The translations under genes and the position numbers were made by a program. Positions 39,241 to 54,479 of a stretch of DNA of 64,000 nt are shown piece after piece (the first letter of the stretch is position 1; each line of letters begins with the position of its first letter). The DNA is taken from assembly GCA_964016885.1 (NCBI GenBank), contig OZ024746.1, positions 101,060,001 through 101,124,000 of the forward strand, in the 5' to 3' direction. The notes under the pieces were generated by a model that was given only the letters and a program-made list of their open reading frames with translations, searched no databases and was not told the DNA's origin. This stretch comes from Eledone cirrhosa. Its lineage: Eukaryota.

Positions 39241-40114
39241 TCGAGGCTCTTCACTCATTTAATTCATGAGAGGGTTGTAGGGGTTGAGTCCTCAGGCCTT
39301 CCATCCAGAGAATCCTATTAGAAGCAACTGTCTCTAAGGAAGACTAACCAAGCTCATGGATGATATCCAATCATCTTACTCATGGTCTACTTCTATATCT
39401 ACCAATTGACGTTGCCTGTAAAATCTGTCCAGTGATTTGTTTCTTAGACATTCTATTGCATCTCTGTAGTACTGGAGCTGTGGTCTTTGAGCTACACAAC
39501 TTATCAAGTACTGTTACTCCAAAGACCCTTTAGACCTCATTTTGGCCTCTATACCAGAAGTAGTTGGAGTTTACTCTATAGTAGACTGGTATCCTTCTCA
39601 AGAGAGTCTTGTACTCTCAGTTGTGAACACTGATGAAACCGAGGTAAGCCTGCAGGCTTGGAACAGACTATAACATTCAAAGCTCAACTGTGAAAATGTC
39701 TAGTTATTCCAGATTCACTTGTTTCCATGCTCAAAACAGTGAAATTACATTCTGACAGTTGTTAGGGTAATTGATTTTTATGGTTTGTCTTGCTCAGAAG
39801 TAGAACAGCGACCAATTTTCTGTCAGTTACAGACAAAATAAAGAGATTGCTCAGGGTCACATGATAACTTGTTTCAGTTGATCATGTCATCATCATTCTA
39901 ACATTCTTTCTTCTCATGTATTTGTACCAGTGTTCCATCTAAAGTGTGTGTGTGTGCAGTTAGCACACACAAGAAATTGTGGACACAGGACATAAATGGC
40001 CACAAATAGCTGCCTAAAATAATGATATATTTATAGTCAGTCTGTACATATTGATCATATGAAGAAACAATTGCATAATATAAGATTGTTGTTGACTACT
40101 AAAAACTATGAGAG

Positions 40115-43100
40115 ACATTGATCTGTAGTATGTCACATTGAACTGTAGTATGTCACATTGATCTGTAATATGTCACATTGATCTGTAATATGTCACATTG
40201 ATCTGTAGTATGTCTCATTGATCTGTAGTGTCACATTGATCTGTAGTGTCACATTGATCTGTAGTATGTCACTTTGATCTATAGTATGTCTCATTGATCT
40301 GTAGTATGTCACATTGATCTGTAGTATGTCACATTGATCTGTAGTGTCACATTGATCTGTAATATGTCACATTGATCTGTAGTATGTCACATTGATCTGT
40401 AGTGTCACATTGATCTGTAGTATGTCACATTGATCTGTAATATGTCTCATTGATCTGTAGTATGTCTCATTGATCTGTAGTGTCACATTGATCTGTAATA
40501 TGTCTCATTGATCTGTAGTATGTCACATTGATCTGTAGTGTCACATTGATCTGTACTATGTCACATTGATCTGTAGTATGTCACATTGATCTGTAATATG
40601 TCTCATTGATCTGTAGTATGTCTCATTTTTCTGTAGTGTCACATTGATCTGTAATATGTCACATTGATCTGTAATATGTCTCATTGATCTGTAGTATGTC
40701 TCATTGATCTGTAATATGTCTCATTGATCTGTAGTATGTCTCATTGATCTGTAATATGTCTCATTGATCTGTAGTATGTGACATTGATCTGTAGTATGTC
40801 TCATTGATCTGTAGTATGTCTCATTGATCTGTAGTATGTCACATTGATCTGTAATATGTCTCATTGATCTGTAGTATGTCTCATTGATCTGTAGTATGTC
40901 ACATTGATCTGTAATATGTCACATTGATCTGTAGTATGTCACATTGATCTGTAGTATGTCACATTGATCTGTAATATGTCTCATTGATCTGTAGTGTCAC
41001 ATTGATCTGTAGTATGTCTCATTGAACTGTAGTGTCTCATTGATCTGTAGTATGTCACATTGATCTGTAGTATGTCACATTGATCTGTAATATGTCACAT
41101 TGATCTGTAATATGTCACATTGATCTGTAATATGTCACATTGATCTGTAGTATGTCACATTGATCTGTAGTATGTCTCATTGATCTGTAGTTTGTCACAT
41201 TGATCTGTAGTATGTCACATTGATCTGTAGTATGTCACATTGATCTGTAGTGTCACATTGATCTGTAGTGTCACATTGATCTGTAGTATGTCACATTGAT
41301 CTGTAGTATGTCACATTGATCTGTAGTATGTCACATTGATCTGTAGTATGTCACATTGATCTGTAGTATGTCACATTGATCTGTAATATGTCTCATTGAT
41401 CTGTAGTATGTCACATTGATCTGTAGTATGTCTCATTGATCTGTAGTGTCACATTAATCTGTAGTATGTCTCATTGATCTGTAGTATGTCACATTGATCT
41501 GTAGTATGTCTCATTGATCTGTAGTGTCACATTGATCTGTAGTATGTCTCATTGATCTGTAGTATGTCACATTGATCTGTAGTATGTCACATTGATCTGT
41601 AGTATGTCTCATTGATCTGTAGTGTCACATTGATCTGTAGTATGTCACATTGATCTGTAGTACGTCACATTGATCTGTAGTATGTCACATTGATCTGTAG
41701 TATGTCACATTGATCTGTAGTATGTCACATTGATCTGTAGTGTCACATTGATCTGTAATATGTCACATTGATCTGTAGTATGCCACATTGATCTGTAATA
41801 TGTCACATTGATCTGTAGTGTCACATTGATCTGTAGTGTCACATTGATCTGTAGTATGTCACATTGATCTGTAGTATGTCACATTGATCTGTAGTATGTC
41901 ACATTGATCTGTAATATGTCTCATTGATCTGTAGTGTCACATTGATCTGTAGTATGTCACATTGATCTGTAGTATGTCTCATTGATCTGTAGTATGTCTC
42001 ATTGATCTGTAGTATGTCACATTGATCTGTAGTATGTCTCATTGATCTGTAGTGTCACATTGATCTGTAGTATGTCTCATTGATCTGTAGTATGTCACAT
42101 TGATCTGTAGTATGTCACATTGATCTGTAGTATGTCTCATTGATCTGTAGTGTCACATTGATCTGTAGTATGTCACATTGATCTGTAGTACGTCACATTG
42201 ATCTGTAGTATGTCACATTGATCTGTAGTATGTCACATTGATCTGTAGTATGTCACATTGATCTGTAGTGTCACATTGATCTGTAATATGTCACATTGAT
42301 CTGTAGTATGTCACATTGATCTGTAGTATGTCACATTGATCTGTAGTGTCACATTGATCTGTAGTATGTCACATTGATCTGTAGTATGTCACATTGATCT
42401 GTAGTATGTCACATTGATCTGTAGTATGTCACATTGATCTGTAGTATGTCACATTGATCTGTAATATGTCTCATTGATCTGTAGTGTCACATTGATCTGT
42501 AGTATGTCACATTGATCTGTAGTATGTCTCATTGATCTGTAGTGTCACATTGATCTGTAGTATGTCTCATTGATCTGTAGTATGTCACATTGATCTGTAG
42601 TATGTCTCATTGATCTGTAGTATCACATTGATCTGTAGTATGTCTCATTGATCTGTACTATGTCACATTGATCTGTAGTATGTCACATTGATCTGTAGTA
42701 TGTCTCATTGATCTGTAGTGTCACATTGATCTGTAGTATGTCACATTGATCTGTAGTACGTCACATTGATCTGTAGTATGTCACATTGATCTGTAGTATG
42801 TCACATTGATCTGTAGTATGTCACATTGATCTGTAGTGTCACATTGATCTGTAATATGTCACATTGATCTGTAGTATGTCACATTGATCTGTAATATGTC
42901 ACATTGATCTGTAATATGTCTCATTGATCTGTAGTATGTCTCATTGATCTGTAGTATGTCACATTGATCTGTAGTGTCACATTGATCTGTAATATGTCAC
43001 ATTGATCTGTAGTATGTCACATTGATCTGTAATATGTCACATTGATCTGTAATATGTCTCATTGATCTGTAGTATGTCTCATTGATCTGTAGTATGTCAC

Positions 43101-46100
43101 ATTGATCTGTAATATGTCACATTGATCTGTAGTATGTCACATTGATCTGTAGTATGTCACATTGATCTGTAGTGTCACATTGATCTGTAGTATGTCACAT
43201 TGATCTGTAGTATGTCTCATTGATCTGTAGTGTCACATTGATCTGTAGTATGTCTCATTGATCTGTAGTATGTCACATTGATCTGTAGTATGTCTCATTG
43301 ATCTGTAGTGTCACATTGATCTGTAGTATGTAACATTGATCTGTAGTATGTCTCATTGATCTTTAGTGTCACATTGATCTGTAGTATGTCACATTGATCT
43401 GTAATATGTCACATTGATCTGTAGTATGTAACATTGATCTGTAGTATGTCTCATTGATCTTTAGTGTCACATTGATCTGTAGTATGTCACATTGATCTGT
43501 AATATGTCACATTGATCTGTAGTATGTCACATTGATCTGTAATATGTCACATTGATCTGTAGTATGTCACATTGATCTGTAATATGTCACATTGATCTGT
43601 AATATGTCTCATTGATCTGTAGTATGTCTCATTGATCTGTAGTATGTCACATTGATCTGTAGTGTCACATTGATCTGTAATATGTCACATTGATCTGTAG
43701 TATGTCACATTGATCTGTAATATGTCACATTGATCTGTAATATGTCTCATTGATCTGTAGTATGTCTCATTGATCTGTAGTATGTCACATTGATCTGTAA
43801 TATGTCACATTGATCTGTAGTATGTCACATTGATCTGTAGTATGTCACATTGATCTGTAGTGTCACATTGATCTGTAGTATGTCACATTGATCTGTAGTA
43901 TGTCTCATTGATCTGTAGTGTCACATTGATCTGTAGTATGTCTCATTGATCTGTAGTATGTCACATTGATCTGTAGTATGTCTCATTGATCTGTAGTGTC
44001 ACATTGATCTGTAGTATGTAACATTGATCTGTAGTATGTCTCATTGATCTTTAGTGTCACATTGATCTGTAGTATGTCACATTGATCTGTAGTATGTCAC
44101 ATTGATCTGTAGTATGTCACATTGATCTGTAGTGTCACATTGATCTGTAGTGTCACATTGATCTGTAGTGTCACATTGATCTGTAGTATGTCACATTGAT
44201 CTGTAGTATGTAACATTGATCTGTAGTATGTCTCATTGATCTGTAGTATGTCACATTGATCTGTAATATGTCACATTGATCTGTAGTATGTCACATTGAT
44301 CTGTAATATGTCACATTGATCTGTAATATGTTTCATTGATCTGTAGTATGTCTCATTGATCTGTAGTATGTCACATTGATCTGTAATATGTCACATTGAT
44401 CTGTAGTATGTCTCATTGATCTGTAGTATGTCTCATTGATCTGTAGTATGTCACATTGATCTGTAGTATGTCTCATTGATCTGTAGTATGTCACATTGAT
44501 CTGTAGTGTCACATTGAACTGTAGTATGTCACATTGATCTGTAGTATGTCACATTGATCTGTAGTGTCACATTGATCTGTAATATGTCACATTGATCTGT
44601 AATATGTCACATTGATCTGTAGTATGTCACATTGATCTGTAGTATGTCTCATTGATCTGTAGTGTCACATTGATCTGTAGTGTCACATTGATCTGTAGTA
44701 TGTCACTTTGATCTGTAGTATGTCACATTGATCTGTAGTATGTCACATTGATCTGTAGTGTCACATTGATCTGTAATATGTCACATTGATCTGTAATATG
44801 TCACATTGATCTGTAGTATGTCACATTGATCTGTAGTATGTCTCATTGATCTGTAGTGTCACATTGATCTGTAGTGTCACATTGATCTGTAGTATGTCAC
44901 TTTGATCTGTAGTGTCACATTGATCTGTAATATGTCACATTGATCTGTAGTATGTCTCATTGATCTGTAGTGTCACATTGATCTGTAGTATGTCACATTG
45001 ATCTGTAGTACGTCACATTGATCTGTAGTATGTCACATTGATCTGTAGTATGTCACATTGATCTGTAGTATGTCACATTGATCTGTAGTGTCACATTGAT
45101 CTGTAATATGTCACATTGATCTGTAGTATGTCACATTGATCTGTAATATGTCACATTGATCTGTAATATGTCTCATTGATCTGTAGTATGTCTCATTGAT
45201 CTGTAGTATGTCACATTGATCTGTAGTGTCACATTGATCTGTAATATGTCACATTGATCTGTAGTATGTCACATTGATCTGTAATATGTCACATTGATCT
45301 GTAATATGTCTCATTGATCTGTAGTATGTCTCATTGATCTGTAGTATGTCACATTGATCTGTAATATGTCACATTGATCTGTAGTATGTCACATTGATCT
45401 GTAGTATGTCACATTGATCTGTAGTATGTCACATTGATCTGTAGTATGTCACATTGATCTGTAATATGTCTCATTGATCTGTAGTGTCACATTGATCTGT
45501 AGTATGTCACATTGATCTGTAGTATGTCTCATTGATCTGTAGTGTCACATTGATCTGTAGTATGTCTCATTGATCTGTAGTATGTCACATTGATCTGTAG
45601 TATGTCTCATTGATCTGTAGTGTCACATTGATCTGTAGTATGTCTCATTGATCTGTACTATGTCACATTGATCTGTAGTATGTCACATTGATCTGTAGTA
45701 TGTCTCATTGATCTGTAGTGTCACATTGATCTGTAGTATGTCACATTGATCTGTAGTACGTCACATTGATCTGTAGTATGTCACATTGATCTGTAGTATG
45801 TCACATTGATCTGTAGTATGTCACATTGATCTGTAGTGTCACATTGATCTGTAATATGTCACATTGATCTGTAGTATGTCACATTGATCTGTAATATGTC
45901 ACATTGATCTGTAATATGTCTCATTGATCTGTAGTATGTCTCATTGATCTGTAGTATGTCACATTGATCTGTAGTGTCACATTGATCTGTAATATGTCAC
46001 ATTGATCTGTAGTATGTCACATTGATCTGTAATATGTCACATTGATCTGTAATATGTCTCATTGATCTGTAGTATGTCTCATTGATCTGTAGTATGTCAC

Positions 46101-49100
46101 ATTGATCTGTAATATGTCACATTGATCTGTAGTATGTCACATTGATCTGTAGTATGTCACATTGATCTGTAGTGTCACATTGATCTGTAGTATGTCACAT
46201 TGATCTGTAGTATGTCTCATTGATCTGTAGTGTCACATTGATCTGTAGTATGTCTCATTGATCTGTAGTATGTCACATTGATCTGTAGTATGTCTCATTG
46301 ATCTGTAGTGTCACATTGATCTGTAGTATGTAACATTGATCTGTAGTATGTCTCATTGATCTTTAGTGTCACATTGATCTGTAGTATGTCACATTGATCT
46401 GTAATATGTCACATTGATCTGTAGTATGTAACATTGATCTGTAGTATGTCTCATTGATCTTTAGTGTCACATTGATCTGTAGTATGTCACATTGATCTGT
46501 AATATGTCACATTGATCTGTAGTATGTCACATTGATCTGTAATATGTCACATTGATCTGTAGTATGTCACATTGATCTGTAATATGTCTCATTGATCTGT
46601 AGTATGTCTCATTGATCTGTAGTATGTCACATTGATCTGTAGTGTCACATTGATCTGTAATATGTCACATTGATCTGTAGTATGTCACATTGATCTGTAA
46701 TATGTCACATTGATCTGTAATATGTCTCATTGATCTGTAGTATGTCTCATTGATCTGTAGTATGTCACATTGATCTGTAATATGTCACATTGATCTGTAG
46801 TATGTCACATTGATCTGTAGTATGTCACATTGATCTGTAGTGTCACATTGATCTGTAGTATGTCACATTGATCTGTAGTATGTCTCATTGATCTGTAGTG
46901 TCACATTGATCTGTAGTATGTCTCATTGATCTGTAGTATGTCACATTGATCTGTAGTATGTCTCATTGATCTGTAGTGTCACATTGATCTGTAGTATGTA
47001 ACATTGATCTGTAGTATGTCTCATTGATCTTTAGTGTCACATTGATCTGTAGTATGTCACATTGATCTGTAGTATGTCACATTGATCTGTAGTATGTCAC
47101 ATTGATCTGTAGTGTCACATTGATCTGTAGTGTCACATTGATCTGTAGTGTCACATTGATCTGTAGTATGTCACATTGATCTGTAGTATGTAACATTGAT
47201 CTGTAGTATGTCTCATTGATCTGTAGTATGTCACATTGATCTGTAATATGTCACATTGATCTGTAGTATGTCACATTGATCTGTAATATGTCACATTGAT
47301 CTGTAATATGTCTCATTGATCTGTAGTATGTCTCATTGATCTGTAGTATGTCACATTGATCTGTAATATGTCACATTGATCTGTAGTATGTCTCATTGAT
47401 CTGTAGTATGTCTCATTGATCTGTAGTATGTCACATTGATCTGTAGTATGTCTCATTGATCTGTAGTATGTCACATTGATCTGTAGTGTCACATTGAACT
47501 GTAGTATGTCACATTGATCTGTAGTATGTCACATTGATCTGTAGTATGTCACATTGATCTGTAGTGTCACATTGATCTGTAATATGTCACATTGATCTGT
47601 AATATGTCACATTGATCTGTAGTATGTCACATTGATCTGTAGTATGTCTCATTGATCTGTAGTGTCACATTGATCTGTAGTGTCACATTGATCTGTAGTA
47701 TGTCACTTTGATCTGTAGTATGTCACATTGATCTGTAGTATGTCACATTGATCTGTAGTGTCACATTGATCTGTAATATGTCACATTGATCTGTAATATG
47801 TCACATTGATCTGTAGTATGTCACATTGATCTGTAGTATGTCTCATTGATCTGTAGTGTCACATTGATCTGTAGTGTCACATTGATCTGTAGTATGTCAC
47901 TTTGATCTGTAGTGTCACATTGATCTGTAATATGTCACATTGATCTGTAATATGTCACATTGATCTGTAGTGTCACATTGATCTGTAATATGTCTCATTG
48001 ATCTGTAGTATGTCACATTGATTTGTAATATGTCACATTGATCTGTACTATGTGACATTGATCTGTAGTATGTCACATTGATCTGTAATATGTCTCATTG
48101 ATCTGTAGTATGTCTCATTGATCTGTAGTATGTCTCATTGATCTGTAATATGTCACATTGATCTGTACTATGTGACATTGATCTGTAATATGTCACATTG
48201 ATCTGTAATATGTCACATTGATCTGTAGTATGTCACATTGATCTGTAATATGTCACATTGATCTGTAATATGTCTCATTGATCTGTAGTATGTCTCATTG
48301 ATCTGTAATATGTCTCATTGATCTGTAGTATGTCTCATTGATCTGTAGTGTCACATTGATCTGTAGTATGTCTCATTGATCTGTAGTATGTCTCATTGAT
48401 CTGTAGTGTCACATTGATCTGTAGTATGTCTCATTGATCTGTAGTGTCACATTGATCTGTAGTATGTCACATTGATCTGTAGTATGTCTCATTGATCTGT
48501 AGTATGTCTCATTGATCTGTAGTTTGACTCATTGATCTGTAGTATGTCTCATTGATCTGTAGTATGTCTCATTGAGCTGTAGTGTCACATTGATCTGTAG
48601 TATGTCACATTGATCTGTAGTATGTCTCATTGATCTGTAGTGTCTCATTGATCTGTAGTATGTCACATTGATCTGTAGTATGTCTCATTGATCTGTAGTA
48701 TGTCTCATTGATCTGTAGTATGTCTCATTGATATGTAGTATGTCACATTGATCTGTAGTATGTCACATTGATCTGTTGTATGTCTCATTGATCTGTAGTA
48801 TGTCACATTGATCTGTAGTATGTCACATTGATCTGTAGTATGTCACATTGATCTGTAGTGTCTCATTGATCTGTAGTATGTCATATTGATCTGTAGTATG
48901 TCACATTGATCTGTAGTATGTCTCATTGATATGTAGTATGTCACATTGATCTGTAGTATGTCACATTGATCTGTAGTATGTCTCATTGATCTGTAGTGTC
49001 TCATTGATCTGTAGTATGTCACATTGATCTGTAGTATGTCACATTGATCTGTAGTATGTCACATTGATCTGTAGTATGTCTCATTGATCTGTAGTGTCTC

Positions 49101-49232
49101 ATTGATCTGTAGTATGTCACATTGATCTGTAGTATGTCACATTGATCTGTAGTATGTCACATTGATCTGTAGTGTCTCATTGATCTGTAATGTCACATTG
49201 ATCTGTAGTGTCTCATTGATCTGTAATGTCAC
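40115..49232. repeat. 20-bp minisatellite (CACATTGATCTGTAGTATGT), with 18-bp variants, about 460 copies
   Basis: Directly visible. Contains a duplication at a 3.0-kb offset. Confidence 0.97.
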
Positions 49233-49881
49233 TATTCATCCCAGTTGTGAGGTTTCCTATTTTCAGGTCTGACTTTACCAACTTTCCCAACTTTGAGCTT
49301 TGTCTGTTAGAACTATCTCCTACTACATACGTTTGCCATTCACAACTATAGCTCAGTTCCTTAATCTCACAGGCATAGTGTCTCAAAGACTTTGTGCTGA
49401 CTGAGAATTTTATTTGAGGAGTGGCAAAAGTGAAGACTGTGGGAAACCACAGTAGATGTAATTGGAACAGTAGTTGATATATTATCTGAGTAAAAACTTG
49501 AACAGGATAAATATTACTGTAAAGTAGACTGTAATACTACAAATGTACCATCAATTGTAATGACCAATACTTGGAATATGAACATTAAAACCAATGATGA
49601 GGACAATGCCAGTATTAGCTGGAGAAATTGTAGGACCACTAGCTTGTCCCAACTCTAAATAATACATAGAGTATGAATATATATGTTGATGGTAGTGGTT
49701 TTGAAGGGACTCTTACAAAACCTTGCTTTGCGTCAATGAACATCAATTAGAATTTTGCTCTCATATTCAGATTTATCTAAGAATAAATTTCATGCTGTTC
49801 TAGGATTAATTCTTATTCCTGTATTGCTGTTCTTGAAATATTTAGGTAGATTTGTTCACTTTCTGGCATTATATCTGATAG

Positions 49882-50716
49882 ATATCTCATAGTAATTGAA
49901 TATCTTATAGTAATTGAATATCTTATAGTAATTGAATATCTTATAGTTATTGAATATCTTATAGTTATAGAATATCTTATAGTTATTGAATATCTTATAG
50001 TTATTGAATATCTTATAGTTATTGAATATCTTATAGTTATTGAATATCTTATAGTTATTGAATATCTTATAGTTATAGAATATCTTATAGTTATAGAATA
50101 TCTCATAGTTATTGAATATCTTATAGTTATAGAATATCTCATAGTTATTGAATATCTTATAGTTATTGAATACCTTATAGTTATAGAATATCTTATAGTT
50201 ATTGAATATCTTATAGTTATAGAATATCTTATAGTTATTGAATATCTTATAGTTATTGAATATCTTATAGTTATAGAATATCTTATAGTTATTGAATATC
50301 TTATAGTTATTGAATATCTTATAGTTATTGAATATCTTATAGTTATAGAATATCTCATAGTTATTGAATACCTTATAGTTATTGAATATCTTATAGTTAT
50401 AGAATATCTCATAGTTATTGAATATCTTATAGTTATTGAATACCTTATAGTTATTGAATATCTTATAGTTATAGAATATCTCATAGTTATTGAATATCTT
50501 ATAGTTATTGAATATCTTATAGTTATAGAATATCTTATAGTTATTAAAAATCTTATAGTTATTGAATATCTTATAGTTATTGAATATCTTATAGTTATAG
50601 AATATCTTATAGTTATTAAAAATCTTATAGTTATTAAAAATCTTATAGTTATTGAATATCTTATAGTTATTGAATATCTTATAGTTAATTGAATATCTTA
50701 TGGTAATAGTTATTGA
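49882..50716. repeat. 18-bp tandem repeat TATCTTATAGTTATTGAA
   Basis: Directly visible. It is the source of the spurious RYSITI ORF. Confidence 0.96.
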
Positions 50717-50790
50717 TAAAATTGTTTAAAAAAACAGCTTCTTTTTTGTTGTACTTTCAAAAAGATATTAAGCAACTTTGTAGTATATTC

Positions 50791-52384
50791 ACAACATCAT
50801 AGCTATGACAATACTGACATCAACATAGCTATGACAATACTGACAACATCATAGCTATGACAATACTGACAACATCATAGCTATGACAATACTGACAACA
50901 TCATAGCTATGACAATACTGACAACATCATAGCTATGACAATACTGACATCATAGCTATGACAATACTGCTGACAACATAGCTATGACAATACTGACAAC
51001 AACATAGCTATGACAATACTGACAACATCATAGCTATGACAATACTGACAACATCATAGCTATGACAATACTGACATCATAGCTATGACAATACAGACAA
51101 CATCATAGCTATGACAATACTGACAACATCATAGCTATGACAATACTGACAACATCATAGCTATGACAATACTGACATCATAGCTATGACAATACAGACA
51201 ACATCATAGCTATGACAATACTGACAACATCATAGCTATGACAATACTGACAACATCATAGCTATGACAATACTGACAACATAGCTATGACAATACTGAC
51301 AACATCATAGCTATGACAATACTGACAACATCATAGCTATGACAATACTGACATCATAGCTATGACAATACTGACAACATTATAGCTATGACAATACTGA
51401 CAACATCATAGCTATGACAATACTGCTGACAACATAGCTATGACAATACTGACAACATCATAGCTATGACAATACTGACAACATCATAGCTATGACAATA
51501 CTGACAACATCATAGCTATGACAATACTGACAACATCATAGCTATGACAATACTGCTGACAACATAGCTATGACAATACTGACAACATCATAGCTATGAC
51601 AATACTGCTGACAACATAGCTATGACAATACTGACAACATCATAGCTATGACAATACTGACAACATCATAGCTATGACAATACTGACATCATAGCTATGA
51701 CAATACTGACAACATTATAGCTATGACAATACTGACAACATCATAGCTATGACAATACTGCTGACAACATAGCTATGACAATACTGACAACATCATAGCT
51801 ATGACAATACTGACAACATCATAGCTATGACAATACTGACAACATCATAGCTATGACAATACTGACAACATCATAGCTATGACAATACTGCTGACAACAT
51901 AGCTATGACAATACTGACAACATCATAGCTATGACAATACTGACAACATCATAGCTATGACAATACTGCTGACAACATAGCTATGACAATACTGACAACA
52001 TCATAGCTATGACAATACTGACAACATCATAGCTATGACAATACTGCTGACAACATAGCTATGACAATACTGACAACATCATAGCTATGACAATACTGAC
52101 AACAACATAGCTATGACAATACTGACAACATCATAGCTATGACAATACTGACATCATAGCTATGACAATACTGACAACATTATAGCTATGACAATACTGA
52201 CAACATCATAGCTATGACAATACTGACAACAACATAGCTATGACAATACTGACAACATCATAGCTATGACAATACTGACAACATCATAGCTATGACAATA
52301 CTGACAATATTTTAGCTATGACAATACTGACAACATCTTAGCTATGACAATACTGACAACATCATAGCTATGACAATACTGCTG
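50791..52384. repeat. 26-bp tandem repeat ACAACATCATAGCTATGACAATACTG, with 23-bp variants
   Basis: Directly visible. The consensus unit holds the perfect palindrome TCATAGCTATGA. Confidence 0.96.
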
Positions 52385-52465
52385 ATTAATACTGAAATGT
52401 ATTATAGGTGAAAGAAATTTGGTTAATTTCCTCTAACATCTAATTTCTTCTAACATCTCTTACAG

Positions 52466-52588
52466 GCTGCCTTGGAGACAAAATTACGTCAGAGACTGGA
52501 ACTTCAAAAGATGAATGAAGAACAGTTGATTCTGAAAGATTTGAAACGGAAGACTGAAGTGGAAGAGGAAAAGCAATTCCATGAGCGG
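52466..52588 (+). CDS. MNS1: MNS1 coding exon G
   Basis: Acceptor ctcttacag, reads AALETKLRQRLELQKMNEEQLILKDLKRKTEVEEEKQFHER, donor gttaac. 123 nt. Confidence 0.88.
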
Positions 52589-53424
52589 GTTAACCATTCT
52601 TCAGATATCTTATTTTTTATAATGGCATAGCTTCAGTTGGCTGAATCGGTATAATATAATTTGATATCTAGCTAAACAATTCATGGTTGAGAGTGCAATG
52701 AGCTATGTATATTAGCATGACTCTCCAGTGTCACTTAGTCTATTTAGTTGTACCATGAGTACAGCTGGAATATCATCATCATCATCATGTAAATGGTAAT
52801 TTGTTGTTTAGCCGAGGTAAGCTTGGATCAAGCAGACCTAAAACAACATTCCAGCTAACCCAGTCTTTTATTTAGCTGTATCTAACATTACATTCTCATA
52901 TATGTGTTTTTAACATGGTAAGCTATGATTTTTGTAGTATCTGGCTGCTAATTTTAGTGAGTCAAGCAATCACACAAAGGTTCAAGTTCATTCAGTATCA
53001 TGTACTGACATCGTCACACACCGTAACAAGTAATCCCGGGCAGCTTGATGAGAAACTATAAACACTAAAGATAAATATTTGTTTACTTCACTTGTATGAT
53101 AAGTGTATTAGTTACAAGCTTTGTGGAATGGAGAAATGGAAGTTGTGTTATTTGTGTGAGAGATGAGAAATAGCTAGGAACGGTAAATTAGTTATCCAGA
53201 AATTTATCTTTAGTGAATAACACTTTCAGTTCTACAGCAACAATTCATGTTTATGCAGCTGTATAATGTTTAGTGCAGTTATATCACAATACTGTATATA
53301 TTCATGCAATTCTACAAAATGTGCAGAATGTAGTAATTGTTAAATGTGTATTGATATATGTTAAAGAAGGAATTGGTGTGGAAATTTGAGTTTGAAGAAG
53401 TACAAGTTTCTAATCTGTCGTTAG

Positions 53425-53559
53425 ATGATGGCTAAATTTGCTGAGGATGATCGACTGGAACAGATGAATGCACAGAAACGGCGTATGAAGATACAGGAAC
53501 ACAAACGAATTATTGAAAGACTGATTGCAGAGAAGAGAGAGAGAGATGCTAAAGAGAAG
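53425..53559 (+). CDS. MNS1: MNS1 coding exon H
   Basis: Acceptor gtcgttag, reads MMAKFAEDDRLEQMNAQKRRMKIQEHKRIIERLIAEK..., donor gtctgt. AKFAEDDR-E-MNAQK is the MNS1 hallmark. Confidence 0.96.
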
Positions 53560-54479
53560 GTCTGTTGAAGGTTTTTTTGAGTTTGTGTATCTCTAGTCAA
53601 TCCTACTCAAGTAGATGTGTAGCACATAAGTTATTGTTTAGTTTTGACCAAGGAGAACTATGATTAAAGACATTCCAGTGATAACCATCTCTTCTTTATA
53701 TTTTACATAATCACACACACACACATATATATATATATATACACGAATATAAGCTGAGGAATATGTGCCCCCCCCCCCCCTCAATCGATGGCAAGATATG
53801 GGGGTGGGGTTATATTTGGGGTCAATATCTTGAGTTTTAACCAACTTCAAATTCTATTTAAGGTGCTGAAATATCTAGAATGATTATTTTACAATGAGAA
53901 ACAATTTTTCTACATTAACTACATCGTCATGAGTGTTATTTATACATTGCCTTGAGAACATTCACAACAAATTTTTTATTATTCAAACTTTTTAACAAAT
54001 AAATATCCCCTACACATATACGCATACATGCCTGCACACATACATACACAGACACACAAACATGCCCGCACGCATACGTCGACTTTTTCTGTGTCTTAAT
54101 TATACATTTTCTTTCAATCTTGTTTTGTTTTATTTTGCTGCACCCCCCCCCCCCCCTCTACACTGAATCCTTAAACAATGTTCTCTTAGTTGATCTCTTT
54201 CAACTATTCCCTCTTCATTCTGCACCCCTCCCCCCATCCCTAGTTTTTTTAATGATCCCCATAACAGTTAAAGTAAATCTTTTTTTCAAATAATACCTTG
54301 AACTAAAAATATATCTCCATTTCTTTATATTATATTAATTTAGAATTGATTTTTTATTTTCTAATTATAAATAACATTTTCTACAAATAAGGAAAGGGGG
54401 TTGTCTTAATTTCACGTAGGTGTTTGTACATTGTGGATTTGTGAAAAACTTTACTCTAAAGATTTAAAAAATCAAAATA

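Noticed and set aside
39240-39830. Possible antisense LINE fragment (also 49240-49740)
   Set aside because: Too decayed to assign motifs or a family by eye.
49813-50484. 223-aa (RYSITI)n ORF
   Set aside because: Artefact of the 18-bp tandem repeat.
3469-52384. CRISPR-like arrays (26-40 bp partly palindromic repeats)
   Set aside because: Units are head-to-tail with no unique spacers, there are no cas genes, and the context is eukaryotic introns.
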